From Vairimorpha necatrix (Eukaryota), in assembly GCA_036630325.1 (NCBI GenBank), contig CP142728.1:434001-498000 (forward strand): a stretch of 64,000 nucleotides of DNA, given 5' to 3'. A model generated the notes under the pieces. That model saw only the letters and a list, made by a program, of their open reading frames with translations. It was not told where the DNA came from and searched no databases. Of this stretch, positions 12,190 to 23,315 are shown one piece after another. Position 1 is the stretch's first letter. Each line of letters opens with the position of its first letter. Made by a program: the position numbers and the translations under genes.

Positions 12190-12696
12190 TTATTTTTTCT
12201 CATATATGCTTAGTATTTCGCTCATTTTTCGTTCTATTTCTTCATCTGTCTCCACTTCTCTTTCTATCTTTAGTACCATACACACTAGTTTTACACATGC
12301 TTTTATTAAAAGTTCCTCGTCTTCTTGATATGTTTCAAGATACACTGTGTCATTTAGAAATACCCAAAGATATTGGGTCATTAGCCTTGTGAGTTTATAT
12401 TTCTCTACATATAAGTTTATATTTTTATAAATGTCTACCATCTCAAAGTCAAAGTCCATTATTTTACAAATTTCTAATTCTATATTAGAATTATTTACTA
12501 ATAGATCTTTATTATTTATTATATAATTTGATATTTTACATCCCAGTACAATACAAGTATTTATTATAGTGTCTCTGTCTCCAGTCCCTTCTTTCTTATA
12601 TATTTTGTATAAATTTGTACAATATTGTACAGATCTCTGAGTACAGCCCAAGTTTCTACATTTATTTACAATTTCCTGTATGTCCTTAAAAGTCAT
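12190..12696 (-). CDS. Cyclin-like protein (transcriptional cyclin C/K/T type)
   Basis: Cyclin-box-like TCIVLGCKI..ELEICKIMDFDF..WVFLND; ATG 12696 downstream of CCCCC. Confidence 0.7.
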   Translation of the reverse strand: MTFKDIQEIVNKCRNLGCTQRSVQYCTNLYKIYKKEGTGDRDTIINTCIVLGCKISNYIINNKDLLVNNSNIELEICKIMDFDFEMVDIYKNINLYVEKYKLTRLMTQYLWVFLNDTVYLETYQEDEELLIKACVKLVCMVLKIEREVETDEEIERKMSEILSIYEKK

Positions 12697-12820
12697 ATAT
12701 AAATTAAAGGGGGTCAAATTTAAACAATATTTCTACAATACATTTATTATTATTTTATACTGCTCTATTTATTATATATATTTAATACAATTTAAGTATC
12801 TAATAGATTTGTACTTTCTT

Positions 12821-13381
12821 TTAAATTATGTTAAGGGTGTTCTTGTCTTTTCCTAATATCTTCTTGATTTCTTGTATATCTACTGTCTCACATTTATCTA
12901 TCACTCTTTTTACATATTCTTCTACTCCTTCTTTTATATTCTCCACCACTCTCTTATCAATATTTTGCTCCACTCCCATTTCTCTAAAATACTGCTCGAT
13001 TTTATATTTAATTTCTTCATTATTCAGTAATTGTCTACTATTTTTATATGTCATAAACTTAGTAGATTTGTAAATATTCTCAAATTCGTATTTTCTTTCT
13101 GTAATTTCAAGTGTCTCTGTCTTTTTCAAGTTCTTTAAGAACTTGTTGTCTAAGAATTTGTTTATTTTTAGTGTGGGTCTTGTTTTTAGATTTTTGATTT
13201 TTTCTATGACTATTTTGTTGAAATCTAGTGGGGTGATTTTGTATATTTTAAGGAATTTAAGGAGGGTATTTTTGTCTATTTTTTGGTGTATAAAGAAATT
13301 TATAAGGTCTTCAATAGTATCTTTATGATCTTGATCTTCTTTAAGTTGATCTTGATCTTCTTTGAGATTTTGACTTTCCAT
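12821..13381 (-). CDS. Histone-fold protein, possibly SAGA Ada1/Tad1- or TAF4-like
   Basis: C-terminal EIKYKIEQYFREMGV..VVENIKEGVEEYVKRVI resembles a histone fold; CCC before ATG; identity uncertain. Confidence 0.5.
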   Translation of the reverse strand: MESQNLKEDQDQLKEDQDHKDTIEDLINFFIHQKIDKNTLLKFLKIYKITPLDFNKIVIEKIKNLKTRPTLKINKFLDNKFLKNLKKTETLEITERKYEFENIYKSTKFMTYKNSRQLLNNEEIKYKIEQYFREMGVEQNIDKRVVENIKEGVEEYVKRVIDKCETVDIQEIKKILGKDKNTLNII

Positions 13382-13471
13382 AAAGAGGGTTTTAAAAAAT
13401 TAAATAAAATTCTTTTTTATATCTTTTTTTAATATATCCAGTTTAAACTATATTAAACTTATATAGTTGTT

Positions 13472-14743
13472 TTAATTTTTAGTAAATATATTTAGGACGG
13501 GGAGTTCGTCTATTACTAATTTACTTATAAATCTCATAAATGTCTCATCATAACATTCATCAATATACTTATTTATCTTATCTTCTTCATTATATTTAAT
13601 CTTATCAAGTCTATTTCTTTTTAATATCTTAAGACAATATGAATATAAAGTACTTGTCCTCGGTCTACTACTCATAGTCTCACTATATCCCTTTTTATAT
13701 TCTTCTCTAATTATTTCTTCTAAATTTATCTCATTCTTCTGTAGAATTTTGTAAATATTTCCACTAAGAAAGGCATTCTCGGGGTTGTTCACCCACATTT
13801 CAGAAATAAATCTAAGAATCTCAATATCCAAGATATTCTTACTTAATAGAGAAATATATAAGATATATTTAGTGTCACTACAAATAAATTTACCATCTTG
13901 TACGAATATCCCTCGTCTGAAGATGAAATCTTCATAGACTTGGATTTGGGGGGCTTTCTTGACTAAGACATTGTAAATTGACTTGTAGTCTGAGAATTTA
14001 GGCAGAGTCAGGAATAAATAAACAAGTCTATCAAAATCTATAGTGGAAGTATTATTATGATCGATATATTGATCTAGTAAATAATATTTCCCGGAATCTA
14101 TGAAATATAAAGTGGGGGTTTCTATCCCTTGGAATAAAGAGACTTCTCTTAGTTCTATAAGTTTACTCACAAATGAGTCACTCTTGTGTAAATTTAGAAG
14201 GACTTGTTTCATGTCGAGATGGTCTAAAACCATATACTTGATTTTCTTAAAATGGTAATTAAGAATTTTAAAGAATGATTCAAGGACTAAATCTTTATCA
14301 TTTAACTTATAAATGTCATCGTCCTTATTAAATGTATTAGATATGCTGTTAGATGTAGTGGTATTATTAGAAGATACTTGTGGATGTTTTCTTACCCATA
14401 ATCTTTTAAGTTTTTCTCTACCACTTCTTCCTAAGACACTTGTCCATAACTCTAACTTGTTTATACTCACTTCGTCATAAACCTGAGATGACTTAATGAG
14501 TGGATCATAAAACAATATATGAGAAAAGGAGTGGAACTTAGCATAAAACACATTATTAAAATCTTCATTCTGCGTCATGAAATACTCAGAGACCATTTTT
14601 ATATCTTCGAAATATGGGAAATTTACTATTAAGAAATCTATATTGTCAATAAAAGGCTTAGTAATTTGGACTACTTCTTTTTTAAAAGATTTTAAAGATT
14701 TCCTCATAAATCGAAGCATTTTCTTGTAATCGTGTTCATCCAT
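13472..14743 (-). CDS. Hypothetical protein
   Basis: 423-aa ORF with CCC motif upstream of ATG. Confidence 0.8.
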   Translation of the reverse strand: MDEHDYKKMLRFMRKSLKSFKKEVVQITKPFIDNIDFLIVNFPYFEDIKMVSEYFMTQNEDFNNVFYAKFHSFSHILFYDPLIKSSQVYDEVSINKLELWTSVLGRSGREKLKRLWVRKHPQVSSNNTTTSNSISNTFNKDDDIYKLNDKDLVLESFFKILNYHFKKIKYMVLDHLDMKQVLLNLHKSDSFVSKLIELREVSLFQGIETPTLYFIDSGKYYLLDQYIDHNNTSTIDFDRLVYLFLTLPKFSDYKSIYNVLVKKAPQIQVYEDFIFRRGIFVQDGKFICSDTKYILYISLLSKNILDIEILRFISEMWVNNPENAFLSGNIYKILQKNEINLEEIIREEYKKGYSETMSSRPRTSTLYSYCLKILKRNRLDKIKYNEEDKINKYIDECYDETFMRFISKLVIDELPVLNIFTKN

Positions 14744-14867
14744 GCGAAAGGGAAAAAAAACTAAAATTTATAAATAATTTGAAATTTAAAATAAATCTAA
14801 AATAAAACTAAATCTAAAATAAAACTAAATCTAAAATTATTTAAGATAAATTTATTTGAGATTATTC

Positions 14868-14992
14868 ATGCAATATAAGTTTATGCAATATAAGTTTATG
14901 CAATATAAGTTTATGCAATATAAGTTTATGCAATATAAGTTTATGCAATATAGGTTTATGCAATATAAGTTTATGCAATATAAGTTTATGCA
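14868..14992. repeat. 15-bp minisatellite (ATGCAATATAAGTTT) x~8
   Basis: Direct tandem copies in the divergent intergenic region; one unit has an A>G variant. Confidence 0.95.
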
Positions 14993-15038
14993 GACATAAT
15001 TATATTATCTAATCTTATTTTGTAATAATATCACCCCC

Positions 15039-15314
15039 ATGTTCAAAATACGAAATGATCTCAAAATACAAAATGATCTTAAAATTCTTGACATTTTCGA
15101 ACTACAAGGAGAATCAAAAAATATCCACAAATTTGATGGGAAATTTAATAGGCAGAAAATAGAACTGGAATTTGACACATTTATTTTAAAAGGAAAAAAG
15201 ATAAATAAAAAGATCAGTATTTTAGAAAAAGAAGATGATCAATTAAAAATAATATCTAAAGAAGTAAATTATTACATTTTTGATAAACCACCAAAATATA
15301 AAGTACTAAATTAG
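15039..15314 (+). CDS. CTF8: Ctf8-like chromosome transmission fidelity protein
   Basis: IFELQGE..ILKGK..ILEK..YIFDKPP pattern; CCCCC directly before ATG. Confidence 0.65.
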   Translation: MFKIRNDLKIQNDLKILDIFELQGESKNIHKFDGKFNRQKIELEFDTFILKGKKINKKISILEKEDDQLKIISKEVNYYIFDKPPKYKVLN

Positions 15315-15407
15315 TATTTGAAATCAGATCAGTGAATAAATTGTAATTTGACAATTCTGTCTCCTTTACTCCTTTTTAGGTATAAAAAAAGAAATTTCTA
15401 ATTTTTT

Positions 15408-16007
15408 ATGGAAAAACAACAAAATGAGAAGAAACTCAATGAAGAAGAAACTGAAAAATTAGCTCTTAAAGAAGAACACCCTAAGAAAGTCAATGAAGAA
15501 GACAATTTAGACACTCTTCCGGAGAAAAGGGAAGAACACCCAAAGAAAGTCAACGAAGAAGACAACTTAGACACTCTTCCAGAGAAAAGGGAAGAACACC
15601 CTAAGAAAGTCAACGAAGAAGACAATTTAGACACTCTACCAGAGAAAAGGGAAGAAGACATTGTTTTTAAAAAAGTCAATGTTGAAAAAAATAAGGAAAA
15701 AGAAGAAGATCACAATTTCTCTTCAAATTACGCAGACCATAAAATCGACCTTCTCTCCATAGAAAATAAAGATTTTCCTAAGAAACAGAAAAAAGTAAAA
15801 GACTCTCTTCATTTACTTAAAGAAAACAGAGACAGAGATTTCGGGAGAAGTAAAAGAGGACATGTAAGAAATAAAAAACAAGGAAGAGAAACAGGAACAA
15901 GAAGGATAAAAATAAGAAAGAATAATTATGAGAGTAATGATATAAATAATTACAATATAAAAACAATATCAAAAAAGAGTAGAAGAAAAGAAGCAGAGAG
16001 ACAGTAA
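15408..16007 (+). CDS. Hypothetical charged protein with 20-aa tandem repeats
   Basis: Three 60-bp units ([20 protein letters not shown]) at ~15471-15656; basic C-terminus. Confidence 0.7.
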   Translation: MEKQQNEKKLNEEETEKLALKEEHPKKVNEEDNLDTLPEKREEHPKKVNEEDNLDTLPEKREEHPKKVNEEDNLDTLPEKREEDIVFKKVNVEKNKEKEEDHNFSSNYADHKIDLLSIENKDFPKKQKKVKDSLHLLKENRDRDFGRSKRGHVRNKKQGRETGTRRIKIRKNNYESNDINNYNIKTISKKSRRKEAERQ

Positions 16008-16095
16008 AAAAATAAAGAAATATTATATAATACTCTTTTTAAAATATTTATAAATATATCTTATACTCTTAGTAAAATAAACCCCCCCTTATAAA

Positions 16096-16608
16096 ATGAC
16101 AAGTGAAAAACAAATTCATAAAGAAAGTCTAACAGAAGTAGTAAAATATCTAAATGAGGAAAATAAAACAAACATAGAAGAGGAAGAAGAAGTAGAAATA
16201 TACAGTAAGAAGAAAATAAGACAAATGTCAAAGAAAAGAAAAACAGAAGAAAGAACAAAAAACAACGAGAAATCTCAAGAAAAAATGAAAGGCGATAAAT
16301 TTAAGCAAGAGAAGTTGCAAGAAATATCTGAAAAATCTAAACAAGAGAAATCTCAAGATACCCATAAGCAGGAGAAACTTACACGAAAAGAAAGAAGGAA
16401 AATGAAAGAAGAAAACAATGGAGAAGGTATGAGCTCAAAAGAATACATGAAAATATTTAAAGAAAATCCAGGGAGAAAAATCGAAAGATCAGATAAAAAT
16501 ATCAGCAGGCTGCATATTCCAAGTAAGAGGAAATCGGAATTCCCTAAAGCGGACGAGAAGCCTAAAAAGAGAAACTTCAAGAAAAGGTCTAAGCAAAGAA
16601 GACGATAA
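16096..16608 (+). CDS. Hypothetical K/E/R-rich protein
   Basis: 170-aa ORF after a CCCCCCC motif. Confidence 0.75.
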   Translation: MTSEKQIHKESLTEVVKYLNEENKTNIEEEEEVEIYSKKKIRQMSKKRKTEERTKNNEKSQEKMKGDKFKQEKLQEISEKSKQEKSQDTHKQEKLTRKERRKMKEENNGEGMSSKEYMKIFKENPGRKIERSDKNISRLHIPSKRKSEFPKADEKPKKRNFKKRSKQRRR

Positions 16609-16621
16609 ACAAAATAAAAAC

Positions 16622-16724
16622 ATATATAAGTTATATAAGAGTTATATATAAGCTATATAAGCATTATATATAAGTTATATAAGCATTATATATAAGCTAT
16701 ATAAGCATTATATATAAGTTATAT
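16622..16724. repeat. Degenerate AT-rich tandem repeat (TATAAGCATTATATATAAG-like)
   Basis: Visible tandem units in the convergent intergenic region. Confidence 0.8.
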
Positions 16725-16798
16725 CTATTTGATGTCGCGTTGTGATTTACGTGGCCTTATTTTATACTGTGGTATTATTTATGCCTTCTTTTACATTA

Positions 16799-18754
16799 TT
16801 AAATTCTATAGAGACCTTTGAGTTTTATAATAGACTTTTTATCTGTAAAAATAATATCGTATAATTTCTTTCTTTCTCGTTTCGTACATATGAAAACATA
16901 TCTAAATATATCTTCTTTGATTAAATCTATAGAAATGTCATGTTTTTTTAAGTAAAATATTAAAATCATCAAATTATCAAAATCCTGAGACTTGACCATG
17001 TCGACTTTCTCTTCATTTTTAAAATTTGATATCAAATTTATAGCAGTCAAATATATAAAATTCCTTAATTTGTAATAATCCGCACTGTCTTTATAAGTGA
17101 AAGTAGATTCGCCCACAGTACATGTTTTTATAATTTCTTGATTGGGTCTCTTTGTCTTTTTTATATTCCTTAGATCTTCTAATAAATACTGGTAGATAAA
17201 TAAGAAGTCTTCCTTATTTTCAATATTCAATTTCTCAGACAAGAAATAAAAAAGTATAAAAATATTCTTGTGTCTTTTTCCATATTTCTTCATCTCCTTA
17301 AAAATTACTCTAGTGTCTATTTCTTGTAAATTTATACATTGATTTATAATCTTGACTCGACTCATTTGTAAATAAATATCTTCTACTTCTATAAACATGA
17401 AATAAATCATCATCAACATCTCGAAATATTTCTCTGTATTCCTAAAATCCATATTTATGAAATATACCACAAAATATAAAACATCCTTGTGATTATCCTT
17501 TAAAGTTATCAAATATAAATACAAATATGATAAATTCATATCTCTAAATAAAATATTAATAAATTGTATCTTGTTCTTCGAATTATTAATTATAATTAAT
17601 AAATTATCTAATAAAAGATCTAAAGTGGACTTATTTATAAATCTCAGAATTATCTCATTATATAAATCATTATTATAAAGATCATTGTATATTTTTACAA
17701 TATCAAATGACTTATTAAATTTCATCTTGATCTTATTTAAAATCTTATATTTGTATTTTAAAAAATTTTCAATCATGAAATCATAATCACTGAATGTTTT
17801 AAATTGTGTGGAAATTGTAAAATTTTCTAAATTATCATGTAATAATTCTAAAGTATCCGATTCATCGTACGAGCCATCTGTAAAATCCAATATTTTAAGT
17901 ATAAAAATCATCATCATAGTATCTTCGTAAATATTAGTAAATAAATGTATTGATTCCTCAATACATCTTAAATAAATCCCTTTTTTATATTTCGAACTTC
18001 CAAGTTGATAAATCAACTTGATAAGTTCAATTAATAATTCCAAATCTGAAGATTCAAAAATTTTAAAAGTATCTTGAGAAAACATCAAATCTATCAAATA
18101 AACACTGTATCCTAAAAGAAAATCTTTATAATCATCAGAAAACATCTTAAAATCATAATCTAATAAATAATATAGAATTCTACAACAAAATAAGAAATTT
18201 CTATCTAACAAATTATTCTCTAAATAATAATTTAGTTGTTTGTAAACATCTAATAATCTATTATGACAAATCTTATTATTATCTAATAACTTAAGAATAA
18301 TAGACAAATTTTCTGTAGATTGTAAATCTATCAATTTTTTATATTCCTTGTAAATTATATTGTATCCAAAATAATTCCTGAAAAAATCAATATCTTCGTT
18401 ATTGACTTCGCATTCTTGTAAAATGGAAATAATGTCTAAAGGATGTGTAAAATTTTGTATATTTTTCTTTAACCATGTCATAATATTCACATTTAGATCA
18501 ATTTGATTGTATTTGATAAGAGTAAAATTTTTTATATTTTTTACCATTTCAATTATTTTATGCAGAATTTTTTTATTTATAGAATAATTTGTGAGTTTGT
18601 TTGTTTTCAAAAGATAAAATTGAATATAAAAATCTTCATGTTCAAATATCTGAAAAAAATCTACAATATTAATATCGATTATTTCATATCTTTTTATTTT
18701 GCTTGTTATATCTTTAATTGGAGATGTTTTTGTCTTTTCTTTCTTCAAGTGCAT
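16799..18754 (-). CDS. Hypothetical protein (likely helical-repeat)
   Basis: 651-aa ORF; no motif recognised. Confidence 0.75.
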   Translation of the reverse strand: MHLKKEKTKTSPIKDITSKIKRYEIIDINIVDFFQIFEHEDFYIQFYLLKTNKLTNYSINKKILHKIIEMVKNIKNFTLIKYNQIDLNVNIMTWLKKNIQNFTHPLDIISILQECEVNNEDIDFFRNYFGYNIIYKEYKKLIDLQSTENLSIILKLLDNNKICHNRLLDVYKQLNYYLENNLLDRNFLFCCRILYYLLDYDFKMFSDDYKDFLLGYSVYLIDLMFSQDTFKIFESSDLELLIELIKLIYQLGSSKYKKGIYLRCIEESIHLFTNIYEDTMMMIFILKILDFTDGSYDESDTLELLHDNLENFTISTQFKTFSDYDFMIENFLKYKYKILNKIKMKFNKSFDIVKIYNDLYNNDLYNEIILRFINKSTLDLLLDNLLIIINNSKNKIQFINILFRDMNLSYLYLYLITLKDNHKDVLYFVVYFINMDFRNTEKYFEMLMMIYFMFIEVEDIYLQMSRVKIINQCINLQEIDTRVIFKEMKKYGKRHKNIFILFYFLSEKLNIENKEDFLFIYQYLLEDLRNIKKTKRPNQEIIKTCTVGESTFTYKDSADYYKLRNFIYLTAINLISNFKNEEKVDMVKSQDFDNLMILIFYLKKHDISIDLIKEDIFRYVFICTKRERKKLYDIIFTDKKSIIKLKGLYRI

Positions 18755-18957
18755 TTGTTTATCGAAAATGTTTATTAAAAAATAGATGTTTCAGAAAAAA
18801 AACTTAATTCAAGCAGTTTAAAAAATAATAGATGCCTTGAAAATGATACATAGTTTTAATAAAGTAAAACTATAACGTTTTTTTAGCTACAAAAATAAAC
18901 ATTAAACATTAAAATTTTTTTTACAAAAATAAATAAAATTAAAATTTTTTATTTTTT

Positions 18958-21087
18958 TTAGAACTCTGGAAATTGCATACCTGTTCGTAATATCATTTTA
19001 TATGTATTTTTCCCTAACTTATCTCTTATACTTTTCATTTTCTCCAATAATATTTTCCTTATCTCATTACATTTTTTATTTCCAATTATTTGATCTTTAT
19101 GAATCTCAGCCACTGTATTAAAAATCCTAGAAGCTACAATTGTATTTTCACAATATTCCAAAAGATCGATAAGTGAAAATATTTGTGTAGAATTTAATAA
19201 GACAATGAAACTGTTTAAAACACCCAATCCTATTTCCTGAACCAGCCTATTGAACTTTTCATTTATTTTGAAATTTGACAAATTCGTCTCTTCTAATAAA
19301 TCCAAAAATTCTTCATATTTAGAGGTATTAGTAATAGACACACTATTTGTCTCTAACATCGCACTATCTTCGCTATCCTCATCTAATTTCTCTAATTCAT
19401 ATTTGTCTACGTGAAAATATCTTAGAATATTGTCATTTGCTCCTACTAAAAAATTTTTATCTAATAAAACTCTGGTACAATCGAAATATTTTTTTTCATG
19501 ATAAATTTTAAAACCTTTGAAATATTTCAAAGTAGATCCGCCGAAAATAAACATTTCATCATTAATTACTTGTATATTGGCACTATTATTGACAATGATA
19601 CTTTTTCTACAATCTCCAAAATCAAGTCCCCAAATTTTAAGCATTTTATCGGCTCCTATAGTATAAATCAATTTATCAGTAACATCAATATTGATAACAG
19701 GCAGAGCATGTCCATATAAAGTTTTATATAAATCTTTATTCTTATCATAAATATAAACTTTAGAATTTAATAAACCGATAAAAATAAATTCATTAAAAAT
19801 TTTTAGACATGAGACGTAATCTTCTAATTCTAACGTGTCAAAGACATCAAAATTCTTATCTAAAAAATCGACCTTTGAATTTATTGCGATGGCTAAAAAA
19901 TCATCGCAAAGTTCTTCTTTTTTATTATTTAAAAAATTTTCAGAATTTTGAGATTTGCTTATAAAAATGTTATTATTTCCATTTTCTTCGATTTCTATGA
20001 TTTTTTTTATTTTCAGATCGTTAATATTTACAAATAAAATTCTATCTCTTTCTGCTATGACATAACATTCATTAAAAATACATAAGGATTTCCCTTCTGA
20101 AACTAATATCTGATTGTAAAAAACAAATTTATCCTCAGTAACATTCCAAATGATCAATTTGTCTTTACTAAATGAACATATTCTTTCATTTTCATCTTTC
20201 TCTAAATTTATAATATTTTCTTTATGATAACCTATTTCTAGTTTATTTTTTATATAAGAATTATCTTTAGTTATAAAAAAAAATTCTTGATTAATTTTAG
20301 AAAAATCTATGACATTAGATTTGCAATCTAAAGAATTTTGATCCACTAAAATATAACCATTTTTTGTATTTTTAATCTCAAAAATATAAAATTTTTTATC
20401 ACTGAGAATATAAAGTAAATCGGCTACACGTTTTACTGATTTAATTTTCTTAAATTTTTTACATTCCTTGAATTTGTCTTGTTTCAAATCGTAAATTTGT
20501 ATATTGTTGTCTCTAAAAACAAACAAAAAGTTATTGTCATCTAAAATACTTAAAAATTTCAATCTATTGTCTAAAATAATAGAATGTTCTTTCTCGTCTT
20601 TAAGCATTGTAAAGGTACAATCTCCTGTTCCAACTACTACTAAATCATTTTTCGTATCAAAGACATCAATCGGACTAGTCTGAAAAATTTTACTAGATTT
20701 TTCTAATTCTAAGTCATACTTATAAACAAGTCCATCAGATGATGCGGAAATTATAAAATTGTTTTCTTCTTTGATACTAATTATCCTTTTTGTATGATTT
20801 CTATATTTTAAAATTTTTTCATATTCAAAATCATTTTTGTAAATTTTTATAAGACCATTCCAAAATCCAACAAAAAGATATTTTTCACTAATATTAAAAC
20901 AAGACACGGAATGTTTTTTATTTGTTATAGATTTTAATAATGTTGATGATCTAAAATCCCATATGTTGATTGAGTTATTATAAGAAATAAAAGAAATATC
21001 ATTTTGAGATAAAATTGAAGATTTAATATTTGAGATTTCACCACTTTGAGACTTATAAATAAAATTCGGCACAAAATCCATTTCCAT
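18958..21087 (-). CDS. UTP12: WD40 SSU-processome protein Utp12/Dip2/WDR3
   Basis: LYGHALPV..GADKMLKIWGLDFGDCRKSI signature; multiple WD repeats; C-terminal Utp12-like helices. Confidence 0.88.
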   Translation of the reverse strand: MEMDFVPNFIYKSQSGEISNIKSSILSQNDISFISYNNSINIWDFRSSTLLKSITNKKHSVSCFNISEKYLFVGFWNGLIKIYKNDFEYEKILKYRNHTKRIISIKEENNFIISASSDGLVYKYDLELEKSSKIFQTSPIDVFDTKNDLVVVGTGDCTFTMLKDEKEHSIILDNRLKFLSILDDNNFLFVFRDNNIQIYDLKQDKFKECKKFKKIKSVKRVADLLYILSDKKFYIFEIKNTKNGYILVDQNSLDCKSNVIDFSKINQEFFFITKDNSYIKNKLEIGYHKENIINLEKDENERICSFSKDKLIIWNVTEDKFVFYNQILVSEGKSLCIFNECYVIAERDRILFVNINDLKIKKIIEIEENGNNNIFISKSQNSENFLNNKKEELCDDFLAIAINSKVDFLDKNFDVFDTLELEDYVSCLKIFNEFIFIGLLNSKVYIYDKNKDLYKTLYGHALPVINIDVTDKLIYTIGADKMLKIWGLDFGDCRKSIIVNNSANIQVINDEMFIFGGSTLKYFKGFKIYHEKKYFDCTRVLLDKNFLVGANDNILRYFHVDKYELEKLDEDSEDSAMLETNSVSITNTSKYEEFLDLLEETNLSNFKINEKFNRLVQEIGLGVLNSFIVLLNSTQIFSLIDLLEYCENTIVASRIFNTVAEIHKDQIIGNKKCNEIRKILLEKMKSIRDKLGKNTYKMILRTGMQFPEF

Positions 21088-21361
21088 TATGGGCCAAAAA
21101 TAAAAAAATTTAATACAAAATTTTAACTCTTTTAATTTTGAAGTGTAATTTACAAATTAAAAAATGCCGCTTTTATAAAATTTCATTTCTACAGGAATTT
21201 AAAGCCGTTTATTGATATTTCTTACTAATTAAATGACACTCTAATTAATGAACAAAATTATATAAAGATTTTATATACACATTATATTTTAAGTTTATTA
21301 TATAACTAAAAATTCCACTGTATAAATTTAGAATTTTTTTCTATGTATTTTGTATACTTTT

Positions 21362-21490
21362 TTATTTTTTTCTGTACATTTTATTTATATTTTTTAATTC
21401 TTTAATATATTCTGAGATTTCCTCATCTGACAATTTTTTAAAATTTTTATACAAGAGAATTTTCTTAATAGTTTCTTCGTCTAGCTTCAT
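21362..21490 (-). CDS. Candidate 42-aa small protein
   Basis: CCC-TTAAT-ATG start; MKLDEETIKKILLYKNFKKLSDEEISEYIKELKNINKMYRKK*. Confidence 0.4.
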   Translation of the reverse strand: MKLDEETIKKILLYKNFKKLSDEEISEYIKELKNINKMYRKK

Positions 21491-21569
21491 ATTAAGGGAT
21501 GAAAAAAAATAGAAAAATCTTTTTAATAATATTTTGATATTACATCTTTGTAAAAACTATGATATTAAA

Positions 21570-23315
21570 TTATATATTTTTATTATTTCTTTTTATTCTG
21601 TTTAATTCTATTTTCTCTATGAATTTTATCAATTTCGCATTGTCAGTTAATATCTCTTTTGTAATATTAATATTACTAAATTTCTCATTTAATTTGATTA
21701 TTCCTTTCAGATTTCTTCTTATTAATCCTTTATAAAACATTTTCATGAACTTTATTCCATCTCCGTCATATCCTTTGAAATTTGTTATATCCTGATTTTG
21801 TTTGTTTGTTATTAATTTAATCAGATTCTCTTTGATTCTTAAATTGATATCAGGCTGATTAATTAAAATTTTAATGTATAAAAAATATTTCTTTATATTC
21901 TTATTTATCTTAATATTTAATCTTTGACTTAATACATAACTTATTAAAATTTTTACTACAAAAGATTTGTTAATTAATTCTTGTTCTTTTTCCGCATATA
22001 TTGTACAAGTGTATAATTTTTTATACACAAGTTGTACATTATTTTGAAATATTTCGTATAAAGTATTCACCAAAAGTTTCATGTCTAATTTTTTCATTAA
22101 TTTTTCTATACATTCTCTTAGTACCTTGGCAGATTTAAATTTTATATTTTTAAAAATGCCTAAAATATTCAAGTCTGTCGCCGTGACTGGAGAGTCGATA
22201 ATATTGTAAGAAATTTGGACTATGTGGTCATCTTGCAATTTGAACTTACTAAAACTTGCCATTTTATAAAATAAAAGTATGGCAGTATTTCGAACTTCTT
22301 CGTTCTCGTCATTTATAGTATTGATAAAATATTCAATACATATTTTATATATTTCTTTTTGTTTTTTATAAAGTTTAGTACCTTGGTCTTCATTTTGGGC
22401 TTCTAATTTTCCATGTGCTTTTTTTTCGGATTTTTTGCCTAATTTTTTTCTATTTTTTTTAAGTGCTTGTTCAAGATTTTTTTGAGAAGAGGTTTCATTT
22501 TTTTCGAGAGTTTTATCTTCATTTTTGCCATGTGAAATTTTTTTATGTATTTTTTTAATATAAAATTTATGAATAATTTTTTTATAAAAAATATATAAAG
22601 AAATTATTGTATTTTTTCTAACTTGACTTATTTCATCTTCTAATCCATAAACTATTGTCCCCGAAATATCATTTTCTACTTTTTTAAATAAAAGCTTGTA
22701 AAATATTTCGATATCTAAATTGTAAAAAATCGAAATAAGTTTAGAAGTCAAAATTCTTATTTGGTTGTTTTGTGAAGTCATAAACTTAGTCACTTTTTTA
22801 CATAAAGATTCCAAGTCAGATTTGTCTATTTCTTTAAATTTATTTGGTGTTGTTTTAAAATTTTTATCGTTTTCCTTAATTTTAGTGTCGAGTTCTTTAA
22901 ATTTTTGCGTGTCATTAAAATATTCTATAAATTTACAGTATCTTTCAAGTAGAACTTCAAGTGCTTTAAGAATAATCTCATCATTTACATCATCAAGATA
23001 AAAAATCAAATCTTGAATGTTTAAATTTTCTATACATTCTTTTCTTATTTTAAAAAATGGATCATTTTTTAAATGTTTGGGAATTGAAGAAATACCAAAA
23101 TATTTTATACTGTAAAGAAGTGCAATGTGTCTTATTTTTGAATTTGTATTTGTTAATTCACTAAAAACTTCAGTTTTTATTATTTCATTATTGAATAAAT
23201 ATTCAATATATAAATAAATGTGATTATTAATATTACAAGATACACATTTGTAATCTTTATAAGGAGATTGTACACGAGTTTGTAAAGCGCGGCTGTATAA
23301 ACAGACGTTGAACAT
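21570..23315 (-). CDS. INTS4: Integrator subunit 4-like HEAT-repeat protein
   Basis: SGTIVYGLEDEISQVR and FINTINDENEEVR resemble IntS4 G..V.GLEDE...VR and ND....VR motifs; start taken at the ATG after CCC (23315). Confidence 0.65.
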   Translation of the reverse strand: MFNVCLYSRALQTRVQSPYKDYKCVSCNINNHIYLYIEYLFNNEIIKTEVFSELTNTNSKIRHIALLYSIKYFGISSIPKHLKNDPFFKIRKECIENLNIQDLIFYLDDVNDEIILKALEVLLERYCKFIEYFNDTQKFKELDTKIKENDKNFKTTPNKFKEIDKSDLESLCKKVTKFMTSQNNQIRILTSKLISIFYNLDIEIFYKLLFKKVENDISGTIVYGLEDEISQVRKNTIISLYIFYKKIIHKFYIKKIHKKISHGKNEDKTLEKNETSSQKNLEQALKKNRKKLGKKSEKKAHGKLEAQNEDQGTKLYKKQKEIYKICIEYFINTINDENEEVRNTAILLFYKMASFSKFKLQDDHIVQISYNIIDSPVTATDLNILGIFKNIKFKSAKVLRECIEKLMKKLDMKLLVNTLYEIFQNNVQLVYKKLYTCTIYAEKEQELINKSFVVKILISYVLSQRLNIKINKNIKKYFLYIKILINQPDINLRIKENLIKLITNKQNQDITNFKGYDGDGIKFMKMFYKGLIRRNLKGIIKLNEKFSNINITKEILTDNAKLIKFIEKIELNRIKRNNKNI

